DNA of 64,000 nt from Chlorokybus atmophyticus (Eukaryota > Plantae > Mesostigma and Chlorokybus algae), in assembly GCA_009103225.1 (NCBI GenBank), contig RHPI01000273.1, forward strand, positions 1-64,000, written 5' to 3'. Below, piece after piece: positions 13,123 to 25,229 of this stretch (the stretch's first letter is position 1; the number at the start of each line of letters is the position of its first letter). The notes beneath the pieces are model-generated. The model was not told the origin of the DNA. It made no database searches and worked only from the letters and a program-made list of their open reading frames with translations. Both the position numbers and the translations under genes were made by a program.

Positions 13123-15347
13123 TCAAGCCTCATAGTTCCATGACATAGGAGGGTAGTCGTAGCGCATATTCATTGCTTCAAGCATGAGACGCCCTATGCA
13201 CTCCGCCATTGCGGGAGGAACTGCATTCGCTATGGTAACAGACAAGGTCCTCCATGGCACTCCCAGCACTGTTTGCCATGCAGCAATGCCGCCCCTGGTG
13301 CTTGGAAGGCCATAGATCGGGTACATTTGCTGTGGCGCGTTTGATGTCACAATTGTCTTCTTCGCGCTAGCGGACAGGTGCGGCAATAGCGGTCCAACCG
13401 CCTTGCCCGCGTGCAAGCAGCGTGCTGGTGGGGTAGCTACCACTGGCTGTGTCTCAAACAGACTGTGTCGGCAGGTTGATAGGCCAAACACCGTGCCATA
13501 CAGAGACAAATTGGTCTAAATGAGGTAGCTGCTCCTGACACATTCTCAATCACAAACTTGACCTGGCTTGCAAGCAGCAGATGTCGAACGAGCGGTATCA
13601 TATTCTTGTGTCTCCAGGATGTGCCATGTGCCGCCTGTTGAGGTGCCGAGATAGCACCTGAATAGGCCTGTATAGTGGACTGGCCCATATGAGCTCGTAC
13701 TCGCTCAGCTCTCCTGCACTCAGGGTGCATACATTGCGGTGTATAAAGGGCAGCGGGTACTCAGAGCAGGGACTTATGTCCATCCCGGTCACGTAAAAGC
13801 CTGCGTGATATGGACCGACACTGGCATCGCCACCGCCGCAATATAGGTCGAGTGCCCTTGGTCTGCGTGTGCGTCCAAGCTTGTTGTCAAATGGCGTGTA
13901 TGTGGTCAAGGCTGGCCGTGGTGCTGGCCAGGGATTAATAATGATGCCGTCCGGGTTTACTTTGCGACTGACATTCTCAGAAGGCTCCCGTCCGGCGCGC
14001 AAAACATGGCGTGCCCCGTTAACTGATGTGTACGCGAAAACGTTGCGCCCTTTAAAGTTTATGGTTTGTGGTTGATCACCGTCATCGAATATTATATGGT
14101 GCTGCCCTGCAAAGCCATTTTGCATTGCACCATGCATATATGATGCGTCTTCAATCTCGCACGCCTATTGAGGATATTCTTGTATCCGGTCAGCTCCCCT
14201 TGTGGATAAGAATAACCGCGAGAAGATTCAGGCGCGAGAAGGTGCCAGTCGAGAAAGGACCAGGCGAAGACTTCAATCGAGGAGGTTCCAAGCGCGGATT
14301 CGCGTCCGCAGTCTGGAGACTTCCAAGCGCTGTAGAAGAAACGTTGTAGCTCGATGGTTACATCATTGTATGGCGCGTGTTATAGCTTGTTGGAAAGCTC
14401 TTGAAAGTAGCTACGTGGTGCAACTTAGAGCGCAAGAATTGGTTGAGTGTAAAAATCGTGGTGACTTCCAGACTAGACAGGTGCAGAACTGGCGGGTATA
14501 AAAGCCCGCGGTGTGACTTTGTTGTAATCCTTAGAAAGCCTTTTTGGATTAGCCTTATGTGTATGCTCTGGTAGAGTGTGTGTGCTTGTGCTTGCACCAA
14601 CTCCATGCATGATCAGTAGTGTTCAAATCTCAACAACGCCAAGAAGCGATGCTAACCTGATACTTGCTTCAATGAGTCCACAACGCCCGCATACCATTCC
14701 CCATCCAGCGGCCAATGCACCATGACACTCACACCGATCAGCTGCTCGCATCCCAACTTAACTGCGTTCCGCAGCGATGCAGTGCGCTGTTCAATGGTCG
14801 ATGGTCTGCCTCCTCTACAGCGGCCAGGGGGTGGAACTGCCCACGCCTACACCGTGGAAGACTGCTCTGAATGCAACAACAGCTTCGACATGCATGAAAT
14901 AAGCATACGCCCAACATAATATGCAATGATACGTCGCTGTCCACTCTGCCAAATCACCTCCATAGCATCCACCACTTGTCCACTAACCACATGTCTAGGT
15001 GTTGTCCATGTGAAGAAGCGCATGGGTTCCCCTCGCCACTTGAAGCATGAGCGCGAGCACGAGCACAATTCACACACGCATTGCACGCAATGGAAAAACT
15101 CGGGTTCCTTACACAGCACTTTGCCGCGGCGGCAGCCAAACACGTTGACATTGTGTGTGGTGTAATGCCAGCAAGCAGCATTAAAATCGTGGCACACTGT
15201 TTGCACTCGCTGGCATTCGGTCAAGTGTGCTCGCATTTGCTGCCTACGGCCATTGGCACATATGTACGCATTGCATTGTGGGCACAATAAGCATGGTCTT
15301 CTAAGTGAGGGGGATTCAACTGCTGTAGCCGATATCATGCAAAACAT
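13123..15347 (-). pseudogene. Cys/His-rich domain + Tudor + phage/bacterial-type C5 DNA cytosine methyltransferase, copy 1 (decayed)
   Basis: Cys-rich ORF 15347-14847, then in the same frame after one TAG: EQLIGVSVMVHWPLDGEWYAGVVDSLKQVS. A phase-1 intron at 14656-14107 joins this to GQHHIIFDDGDQPQTINF, which is in frame with ALDLYCGGG (motif I), GMDI, IWASPLY (motif IV, Cys lost), FVIENVSGA (VI), RHSLFET (VIII) and NAVPPAMAECIGR (X). Confidence 0.8.
14166..14599 (+). mobile_element. Diverged solo LTR related to the copia LTR at 27724, inserted antisense in the Tudor intron
   Basis: Co-linear matches to that LTR: TATTGAGGATATTCTTGTATCCGGTCAGC vs TGTTGGAGATATTCCTACATCCGGTCAGC; TAGCTTGTT..AAAGCT...AA..TAGCTACGTGG; CTGGCGGGTATAAAAGCCCGCGG vs CTGGCGGGTATATAACCCCGCGG. 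Candidate TSD ACGCC/ACTCC has one mismatch; the right end is approximate. Confidence 0.75.
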
Positions 15348-15544
15348 GAATCGGCACGGCTGCCCAAAAATTGAGCGAGACTTTAGGGTATGGGCATCAT
15401 TCTAGGGTTGCCAGCTTACGAACCCTAAATGAATCACACTTCGAGAAGCACGACTGTACCATGGAGGGTATTACAGTACCATGCATGATACTACATCAAC
15501 ATGAATGGTACTCCATCCAATAATGATACTACAGTATAAGGATA

Positions 15545-18310
15545 CTAGCATACAACCACGATCGTAGAGAAATACTGTGCTGTCATTCCATAGAACCCGG
15601 AGCGCTGTCCGAGTTTGTTGCTGTCAACCACGCTCTTAACCTGCAAGGTATGCAAGCCATGCACTGACTCATGCGCCGTGCAGTCATCATACACATGTAC
15701 AGCCAACGCTTCTGACAGCAGCAAATCTCGGGTGCACCACGCGCCATGCTGCAACTATACATGTACCCACATGGTTCACAGGTGTTCAACACAAATCTGC
15801 AGTACATGCACAATTGTCATCAAGGCGGGGGCCAAATCACCGCCGACACATTGGCGTCTTGCAGCAGGTATGGCGACCAAAACGGGTGAGGTTGCTTGCA
15901 CATGGGACACGCTTGTAGCTCCTTTTATTTATTTGCCACGTGTTTTCTGCTGGTATATAATGCAGATATGGCACATTCTTTTCTTGCAACAGGGCGTCTC
16001 TCCATCCGCTGGGGGGGTGGGCTCTCAATGCAACAATTTAGCACGCATGGTGCATGCGGGTGTGCAAGCTGCCTCTGCCACCAAACTTTGCTATCGCGTT
16101 GCAGGCGCAGCGACTCCCGTCTGAATGCCGCAGCATAACGCTCCACTGCCTGCTCGATCACCCAACGCCCATCTACCGCCATACAGCACCTGCTGGTCTG
16201 GTGGTCTCGTTCAGTATGCGTTCATCCAGGCCCTCGACATGGCTGTCGTCACTCGTGTAATCGCCCGCATCGCCATTTTTTCAAGCTTCTACGGAATCAG
16301 GTCGACGTGCCGTATGACATGCAGCCACTGCCAGCCAAAGCAGTCAAGTATAGCTCGAATGGTTTTACTTGCCACCCAGTATGTTTACTCAAGTAGTTGC
16401 ACACTGCTCAACCCGCATCAGTCAACATCAACAGGTACATTTGTTGCAGTAGGAAGTTCTGCTCCGTGGATAGCTCTTGCACATTGCCGGGTTGCTGCGG
16501 CAGCAACAACACCATTATATCGACAACGGTGTGGGGCAACAATATACTACGGATGGCCATGTCGTGTTTGGGTTCCATCTACGGCCAATCCCCAGAGGTC
16601 TGTTTGGACCGCACTCTCCGCATTTGCTTCCACTCATTGCATACTTTCGTCACCCACCTTGAGGCATGCCGCATGCGGTGATGCAGCGCGTCTTGGGCGT
16701 ATTGTAGGGTGATTAACTCCTTTGCACTGCGAGTCAGCCCCTCAAAGCGTCTGCGCGTGTGCTTTGAGCTTAAGCAGCTCGTGCCGCACCGGCTATCTTT
16801 CTGGACGATGCTGAGCAGTCACATGACGCTGTAAACGCGCCTGTGCTTACTCAGGACACACAGCCAGCCCCAATGAGGCTTCAAGCAATGTGCTTCTTCT
16901 AACTACATTGTAACAATGCCTCACCTTTGCTTTTTTGGTCCTGTTGGCGTCTCTTGTTCCAACAATCTTCTTTATTTTTCATTAGTCAACCTGCAGATCC
17001 TGGCAGGCGCTCTCCGTGGCACTGTCACTCAGAGGAGGTAAGACGTTATCTTCTTGCTCCACAGCCTTGTGCTTGTTGGTTGCCTCCCGTTCCTCCACGA
17101 CCTCATGTTGCTTCAAGAGGTCGAGCATGAAGCCTTTATCTTTCAGCGCAGCTTTCGGGACACCTCGATCAATCTTTGTACCAATAAGGCAGGGATGGGA
17201 TTAATGTGGCAAGCTTAGAGGGAGAGGGCGAGCTACCGCTGCTTTTCGATGGAGTTGCCTCCAGATGGTTGGAGTGCGGTGGCAAGTGAGTCTCTGCAGC
17301 AAGAAGGGAGGGTGCTGAATTATTATTGCGAGCATGTGGCTGTGGTTGGGGGGAGGCATGATGTGCAGAACAGTTGGCTACTTCTTGCATAACACACGAA
17401 GGCGAGGCCTGAGGCGTTGGCGCAGCACCCTGGGTTACAGCCGATGGTAGCGAGGAATTGGCAACGCCACTCCGCTACTTTTCGATCAGGTCTGTTACCT
17501 CCGGTGGCACTTTATAAGCATAGGCCACGACCATTGTTCGGTGCTTGCAGGCTTGAAAAGCCAAAAATGTGCTTCTGGCTCATTAGGAGCAGTGTTGCCC
17601 ACCACCAGAACTGAGTTGGGGGCTTCTTTATTTCCAACCCAAACTGCGCTGCCGAGCCGTGGCACCCACTCCCCATGCTTGCGCTGAACGGTCACGCAGC
17701 CAATCAACAAGCCCAGCTTGTTGGCAAACATGGTCATCCGCAAGTGCTCCACGTACACATCTTTTCTCCGCACCATCTGTCGCATCTTGGCCATAGCTAT
17801 GTCAATGTTGCAATTGACATCAGCCAACATGGTCGCAGGCAGTTTGTCGTAATACCGCGCCATCTCTCACGCGGCACCAGCGGCTCTGCAGAAGTTCAAG
17901 ATCCTGCTCGCCACACCTGCATCGACAGCCTTGGCGGCGATTTTGCGGAGAGTGTCCCCCCTGCCGTCGTCGTCCATGGTGTCTAGCATGGCTCAAAATC
18001 TGCTCGAGCTGGGGCACTTGTAATCACTGCGTCATTGCTGGTTGATGCACTACTGGTTGAATGCCTGATGATTGGCCACGCGCTCCTGTGCTCAATCCCA
18101 GCCTACTTCGTTCTCCCCAGCGCGTTGCTAATCTCGCTGACTTCGCACGCTCATGCACATCCTAGCATGCAAAGGTAGGCATGCATTGGAGGTTCATGCA
18201 GCCAACATGCACAGCGAGATTGGCAACAACATACCGCCACCGAGCTCTGTCTATCTGATGTGGCTTCCGCAATGTCGGCCTGACTATGGGGTGGGTATGG
18301 GTGAATAGTG
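15545..18310 (-). pseudogene. 3' part of an unknown multi-exon gene remnant interrupted by the gypsy insertion (5' part at 34840-35340)
   Basis: Coding-like segments include MLDTMDDDGRGDTLRKIAAKAVDAGVASRILNFCRAAGAAREMARYYDKLP... and IDRGVPKAALKDKGFMLDLLKQHEVVEEREA. Removing the gypsy plus one TSD restores an open exon (ASTIHPYPPHSQADIAEATSDRQSSVA) between an AG and a GT. Confidence 0.45.
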
Positions 18311-18314
18311 GAGG

Positions 18315-18965
18315 TGTCATGCCATCTACCCTCGCATGCCAGTCCTTCTCGAGCATGCCTACACCCAGCCCCACACCCGGGCTACCAGCATGAAGACCGC
18401 GCGAGCCCCAGCCTACTGCTAGCTACTGTACCTCTCATGTAGCATGTAGCTAGGGCTACTTTATAGACCTGTCTGTAGGGACCGCGCGTAGCTGATCAGT
18501 TGTAAGTCTGTTAAATAACACATGTGCTATATTGAGTCTTAGGGGATTTCCGAAATAGCATGAGGCCTCGATGTGACCGTTGGCCTAGTGCCCGCGTGGC
18601 ACTGCACAGTCATAATTTGCCATGTATAAGTAGGAAGTCACGTCACCAGACTGGCTGATGACACTGTAAGTGAGTACTGTGAGTACTAGGAGTACTAAGA
18701 AGTAAAGACTCTGTTTCTAAAGAGCTTGTGAAGCGACTTGAACTGGAAGCACGCTGTCCCGGTTGCCAAGAATTCCCTTACTGCGTCAGACACGGTGCAT
18801 GCTCTTGTGCGCTGTGCCTGTCATTGCTGTGAGCTTGGCGGTGGTGTGTTGTCTCAGTAGTCAGGGTGTTGTATCCACGTGTTGCACACTCATTCACCTC
18901 ACTTAACAGTGTATCATTCTATCCACTCATGCAAAGAACTGTATCCACAGCACTACCTATCGTAG
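18315..18965 (+). repeat. Gypsy repeat A1 (651 bp), followed by 13 bp identical to the start of repeat B
   Basis: Matches 33946-34596 with about 10 substitutions by eye. TGGCTTGTTGACT follows at 18966-18978, then the sequence diverges. Confidence 0.95.
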
Positions 18966-19179
18966 TGGCTTGTTGACTTACAGTGTCACCCTCTTTGCAC
19001 AAGTGAGTGTGTTGCAATCTGCATCAGATAGTGCAGTCTGCACCCAGGGATACATCGCTGGGCATTCGTTATCATTGTCATCACATAGTGCGCACAAGCA
19101 CTAGTGTGTTGGGTGGTAACAGCATTAGGATAGACGGTAGAGCACAAGCACTCTACCCTTTCACCTCTGGACCAGCTGT

Positions 19180-22074
19180 ATGAGCAGGCCCACCCCGTTC
19201 TCCCCAATAGACGAGGGTGACCTTATCAGTTGGAGCCCAACCACCAACCTCACCTACGAGCGGACCAGTGACGGGAGCATCGACCGCAGCAGCAGAGGCT
19301 CGCGCTCCATCTACAGCTTCACCCCGCTCCACTCTACTCCTCGTCATCAAGCTTCTCCACTATTATCGGACAGCGACGACAACGAGATGGAGTCTTCCAG
19401 CTCAACCACATCCCTGCGCTTCTCCGGACGTGCCGGCACCACCTCGCTGGATGAGTTCATCATTAAGTTCCACTCCAAGATGCGGCAGCAAGCTCTGAAG
19501 AACAAAGACTGGTCAGATGAGATCTCTTTCCACATTGCTGCTCAGTATGTTGATAATGAAGCACACGATGTCTGGAAGTCCGTTGCTGAACTGCATCGAG
19601 TAGACGGCTATGGCGAGCTTGCCAGCACCATAGCATCTGCATCTCTGCACCGTCCAGCAGGTGTCGTTTCACCTGCCACTTTAGTTGCAGTAACAGGCTT
19701 GTCCATAGCTGCAGCTCTCAAGCAGGCAGAGGAGGAGGAACCAGAGTTGGTACTTGTCAACTTGACCCCTGCAGAAGTTGAGTACAAGGAGGCCACACGT
19801 CGAGTCCGCATCCTTGACCGTTCTGCCATCATCATTGAGGAACAAAGAGCTGCACAGCAAGCGGCAGCCGCAGAGTTGGGTACTCCTCTACCTCTAGCAA
19901 CACCTGGCTCTCGTGCAGGAGGCAGTGCTTTCACCCTCGGGTCAGTAGCACTGCGCGCACCAGCCATCACCGTAGGTGCTGCCATCTCTGATTCTCCACT
20001 CAAGGACCTGTACGCTGCCCTGCGCCGCACCTTCCCTCCTCAGACCACCAGCAAGGTTGAGGAGCTGAGACGCTTCCGACGCAAGCCCAATGAGGATCCC
20101 CTCCGCTTGTACTCCAGACTGGAAGGTCTGCTAAAGGACACTGACTACAAGATTGTCAGTGAGGAGGTTGCTGCAGTGATACACGTCAATGAGTTGGATG
20201 CTGCTCTGAGCGAGTCGACACGCCTAACTCTGAACTACAGCAGGCCCCTTGGCTACACCCTCAAAGAAGCCTTAGAGACTACACAAGCCATCCACAAGCG
20301 CTTGGTGTATGAGAAGGCAGTGCTGGACACCTACCGCAGCGCCGCACGGCCTGTAGTCAGCACGACAACTGAGCCTCCTCGCCGCGACCGTGGCCGGGAC
20401 GCTCCACCAGCACGCGACAAAGGGAAACGGTCAGCTCATGCTGCACTTGCTGCCCCTGTGCTGTGTCATCGCTGTGGACGGCATGGGCACTACAAAAGGA
20501 GTGCACCGAAGAATACTCAACTTTGGTTTGCGACCACTGTCACAAGACTGGTCATTTAGAGTCAGTCTGCTGGCTCAAGTTCCCATAGTTGAGGCCCGCC
20601 AACAGCTACAACCACAACTTCAGTGGCTACAACAGCAACAACACTGGAGGCCACACTGGCAACCACTTCAGTGGCTACAACAGCAACAACACTGGAGCCC
20701 ACAACAGCAACAACGCTGGTGGCAGTAACAACAGCAACAACGCCAGTGTTCGCAAGGAAGAGCCAGGCTACAGGGGGAAGAACAGACCTCCTCAGCGTAA
20801 GGGACCAGAGACACGTCCGCGCGCTGCTGCTGTTGCCGCTAAGGCTTCAGCCAACCCACCAGCTGATGACCATATGGCAGCCCTCATGGCGCGTATGGCA
20901 CGCTTGGAGGAAGACAAGGAGCAGGACTACCGCGCCTGCTACGCTGCCCGATGGGCGCTGATGGCTGCAAAACGCGAGAGAGACAGGAACACTCCGTCCC
21001 GCGTGCAACCATCACGACGAGCACGAGGGGAAGCTGCAACAACATCAGCAGGCACCTCCTCCGAAACCACCAGTGGTGCTGCCTCCGCAGCAATAGCCAC
21101 ACCGGCTACAACATCGACTCCACCAACGTCAGCAGCACCCACTCCAGTTGCACCACAACCTGGTACACCGATGGACATCGTGACGCCGACACTGGTGAGC
21201 ACAATGGCAGCAGCCGCCATCTCTACCGAATCCGCACCAGTGGGCGGTGCACTTCCCACTGCAGCAGTGCCTCTGTCTGTAGGCGTTGAGACCACTCTCG
21301 CACCACTGACCGGTACCGTTGCAACTGCCGCAATTGCCATCGTCGAGCCCGCTGTCTCTGCAGCGACGCGCGTAGCCACTCTGCCCGCTCTCGACGTCGC
21401 TCAGGCTGTCCCAACGGGTCAGCAAGCTGAGCGAGCATGGGAGACCATCCTGCGCGGAGCAGAGCCCACTACCATCGCCTTCGGTCGGGGGGGGGAGCGC
21501 ACCACGCGTGTAGCCCGCGATGATCGCGTCTTCCCACTACCAGAGGTTCACACCCTTCCAGCACTCACTCAACACTAGTTGGAAGATGAGATCCTTGCTG
21601 GCACTGCACCTCCGATGCGTGACAGGGTGTCTTTGATCAGCTACAGCCCACCTGTAGTGTTGGAGTTGGCCCTGCAGCTGCTCTGGGCGTTGCACCACAA
21701 CATGCAGACCGCCCCGCGCCAGCCTGCACGCATGCCAACCACCACCTTTGAACCCAGCCCGCTGGACACGTATTGGCCGAGACACCGTCCAGCAGCGCAT
21801 TGCCAACGCAGCCGACCTGCCTTTGGGCACTTATGAAGCACTCGGACCTCCTACAACCGCTCGCCTTCATCAGCGCTACCACGCACTGGAACAAGCATAT
21901 CATTGGCGACAAAATCAAGCTGCCGCCATTGCTGCACGTGAACAAGCTCATGAAGCTACGCGTGCACCAGTACCTCAGTCACCAGCTGCTGGTCCATCCT
22001 CCAGCACCACTCGCTCTCCGTCGAGACCAACTCTGACCAAGCGAAGGCGATGGCTCAACAAACCAGGGGGGTGA
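19180..22074 (+). CDS. gag: Gypsy gag region (frameshifted/stopped) with two CCHC knuckles and Asn-rich and Ala/Thr-rich linkers
   Basis: ORF 19180-20559 has a capsid-like LRRFRRKPNEDPLRLYSRLEGLL segment. CHRCGRHGHYKR(E)C spans a frameshift and is followed by CDHCHKTGHLESVC; downstream ORFs 20589-21578 and 21748-22074 continue it. Confidence 0.75.
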
Positions 22075-23139
22075 TCGCCCCGTTGCTGCCTGCGCTGGTG
22101 GAGGATCTACCTGAGGACCAAAGGGAGCCAGGGAGGGGCTACCTTACACCACAAGGGTGTACACAAAGAGATGGAGTAGGACTGGTTGGAGAGCAACAAC
22201 TACGCACTGCTCTGTTGCGACAAGCGACCATGCTGCATCAGCAAGAAGGCATTTCACTTCGGCAGATGCTTGGGATGCGAGACAATGGCAACGCGGCACG
22301 CGCACGGTTAGTGACGTGGCTGGTCACCAACCATCCCGCAGTCCCGTTGTTCGCTTTCGGCGCCAGAATAGCGTGGGTGGACGCATTTCTTCGCTCCATA
22401 CGGCAAGCCTATGATGAAGTGGCTTCCGCCGCCACTGACACTCTGGAGGGAGCTTTGGAGGCTATACCGAGTTTGCCAGGAGTGGAGGCAGGACGTCAGC
22501 GCAGGCGCATCGCCGCTGCTTACGAGCAGCATGTCCAACAGCCAGAGACCCGCCTCACTGTACGCGCACGAGCAATAACAGTGCTGGAAGTGGGAGTGGT
22601 CAACGGCAGATGGGATGCTTACATGGCAGGGATCCTCAGGGTGCCCACCATCACTCACGACATGAAAGCGCGGCTCCTACGCGCAGTGTACCTGCAGCCC
22701 ATGCCTCAGAACCATCGCTGGATAGACGTGAACAACAATGCGACGGCTACATGGGAAGGTACACTAGTTAGAGAGGCAGCCCATGCTGTGCGATGGAGCT
22801 ATGCAGAGGAGCAGGCTGCACGAGAGGCAGTCCCGCAAACACCAGGTCCTCCAGGGTTCCCGCCACAGCCACTGGCCACTCCTACTGGCATGACAACAGC
22901 TGCACAGAGGGTCAACCCTCCTGCACCTCCACTTGGACAGGTTGCAGCAGCACCTCCAGTGCCTAGGCCACCGCGCGTGTACCAGCAACCGCGACAAGGA
23001 TGGTTTGGACAAAGCCGAGGACAAGGAGGCCCACAAGATCCATCAGGCAGAGGAGCCCTGGCTGCCCTACGGTCAGGCCCCGCAGATGAGAGTGAAGCAA
23101 CAGTCTCTCCACGCAAGAAGTTCCGTCGCTTCGAGAGGC

Positions 23140-23560
23140 TGCGCATCAACGCCAATGTAGCCATAATCGCCAACCAAGGCAAGCACGTGACCGTCAATGG
23201 TCGGGCACCCAAACGCGTGATGCTGGACACTGGAGCACAGCCTGTCATCATTGGGCGCTACTTCGCACGAGATCTCGGCATCACCAGCGCTGAGCTGCTT
23301 CCCTGTCCCTACCAGCTGGACACCGCAATCGGCAACCGCGACAAGGTGCTCGGCCTTACCAAGCAGATTGTGAGCATCCGCCTCACAGGACAAAACCCTT
23401 TCCACAGCACCGAGATTGTACAAAGGTGTGTGGTCACCGATGCCGGGTCCTTTGACCTACTGCTGGGACAGGACTTCAACTTCCCTGTCGGCCTGAGGAT
23501 GGACTGCTGGACTGAGCAGGCATGGTTCCGACCGCATTGGGATGAGGATGATGGAGAGGA
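23140..23560 (+). CDS. Retropepsin aspartic protease domain of the gypsy polyprotein
   Basis: VTVNGRAPKRVMLDTGAQPVIIG...FDLLLGQDF in ORF 22050-24236; catalytic D at 23226. Confidence 0.9.
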
Positions 23561-23948
23561 GCACGGATTCCTACCTCTCGAGCTGGTGGCCAAGGCCCGC
23601 TCGCAACGAAGGTCGGCCGCAGCAGCCACCTACAGTCCTACAGAAAGCTCACGTGTGCCTCGTGCCCGAACGCAGCCGAGGACAACTGCAACGTGCTCGA
23701 GCCCGAGCCTAAACTCTGAAGAGGACTCTCCTACACCGTACGATGAGTCTCAGGAGACTGTCACCAAAGAAGTGGCCTTTCAGGAGCCATCCGAGCGTCG
23801 CTGGAGCGCACAAGTAGCAGCACACATGCTACTGACCAGGCCTCAGCTCACTGCACACTTCCCTGTCTACAAAGACCAGGCTACAGTGCAGGAGCAGTAC
23901 CACATAGCTACTGGAGTTGTGGAGTTCCACATGTTCCGCCGACAACAA

Positions 23949-24900
23949 GGCATCACCGTGCTGGAGCTGTTCGGAGGCATAGGCAGTGGGCTTGCGGCTG
24001 TCCTCAACACAGGAACAACAGTCACCAAGTACCTCTACTGTGACCCTGACCCTCATGCACAAGAGGCTCTGAGCCATCATTTACGACAGCTGCACCAGCG
24101 CTACCCGCAGCAGCTACCGCTGTCGGCACTGCAAGGGAGCCAGAAGGCTCTGCCGCAGGGCATCCGCTGGATTACCAAGGATCACCTGCAGGCAGTCGCC
24201 AAAATTGATCTGCTGATAGCAGGATGGGAGTGTTAAGGGCACTCCGGGGCAGGCAGAGGCCAAGGGCTCTCTGATCCTCGCTCACAGCTGTTCTGGGAGC
24301 GAATGAGAGTCATCAAACTCCTGCAGACCAGTTAGGTCGCTAGGCCCTTTGGGTACATCATCGAGAATGTGCACTATGAGGATGACAAGCGGCATCACGT
24401 CGCCAAGGCCTATCGACAATTATGCTCCTTGCTGGGGCATCCTCTCAAAATCAACGCCGCGCGTCATAGATCTCGCGCACACCGCGTCCGCGCCAAGTGG
24501 ACCAACCTGGCCATTGTGGAGGACCTGTTTCTGGCAGAGTACCAATACAGCAATCGGCCACGGAATCTCGTCGTTGATGACATCCTGGACCCTGGACGCA
24601 CAGCGCAACCGGTCACACGCCTTGACCACCACCACTTCTACCAGTGCAACCAGCCTGGTCAGCCGCGCCGCGCACTACCCACACTTGTATCCTATCCAGG
24701 CTCCTACGCGTTTCGCAATGGAGGCGACAGCATGGTGTTAGACTCCAACACTGGACAGCTGGAAGAACCCAATGCTCGTGAGCGCGAGCGTGCTATGGGA
24801 TTCTCTCCAGGCAGCATCACAGGCTCCACGCTGACAACCAGTCAACAGTGTCAGTTGTTAGGGCGCGCCATGGATCAGAACAGCATGGTGTGGTACTTGG
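23949..24900 (+). CDS. DNMT3/DRM-like C5 cytosine methyltransferase domain embedded between protease and RT (two in-frame stops)
   Basis: ITVLELFGGIG (I), LYCD (II), IDLLIAGWEC*GHSGAG...GLSDPRSQLF (IV/V), GYIIENV (VI), SRAHRVRAKWTN (VIII), PNARERERAMGF (IX), QLLGRAMD (X). One frame throughout, with TAA at 24234 and TAG at 24333. Confidence 0.9.
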
Positions 24901-25229
24901 AAATGTGCTTTGCTCTCCAGGACCGCCATGTGTCCTTCCAGGAGCTCGACCACCTGACTGGGGGGTGGATTGCTCGCTTTTCAGAGACCAAAGCAGCACA
25001 CACCGCACTCGAAACCGCCCACATGGAGGAGCAGGCAGCAGCCACTGTGGAAGACATTCCAGTGGTCGCCAACGCTACCTCGTGGTCCCACGCCATTGGA
25101 CCGCTGGCCACAGGCCAGACTCGAGAGCAATTCGAGGCTCTTCTCAATAAGTGGAGGAGCCAATTCAGCTTCAGTGTGAAGGAGGTGGGCATTTGCTCAG
25201 CATACCAGATGGACATTAAACTAGTGGAC

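Noticed and set aside
13123-15347. Bacterial or phage contamination as the source of the C5 methyltransferase
   Set aside because: The gene has a spliceosomal intron conserved in both copies, carries a host copia-type solo LTR, and is contiguous with eukaryotic TEs.
15545-18310. TET/JBP dioxygenase cargo, as known for fungal Plavaka/KDZ elements
   Set aside because: I could not find a convincing HxD...H...R 2OG-Fe(II) motif set in any frame. An HMM search on an intact copy would be needed.
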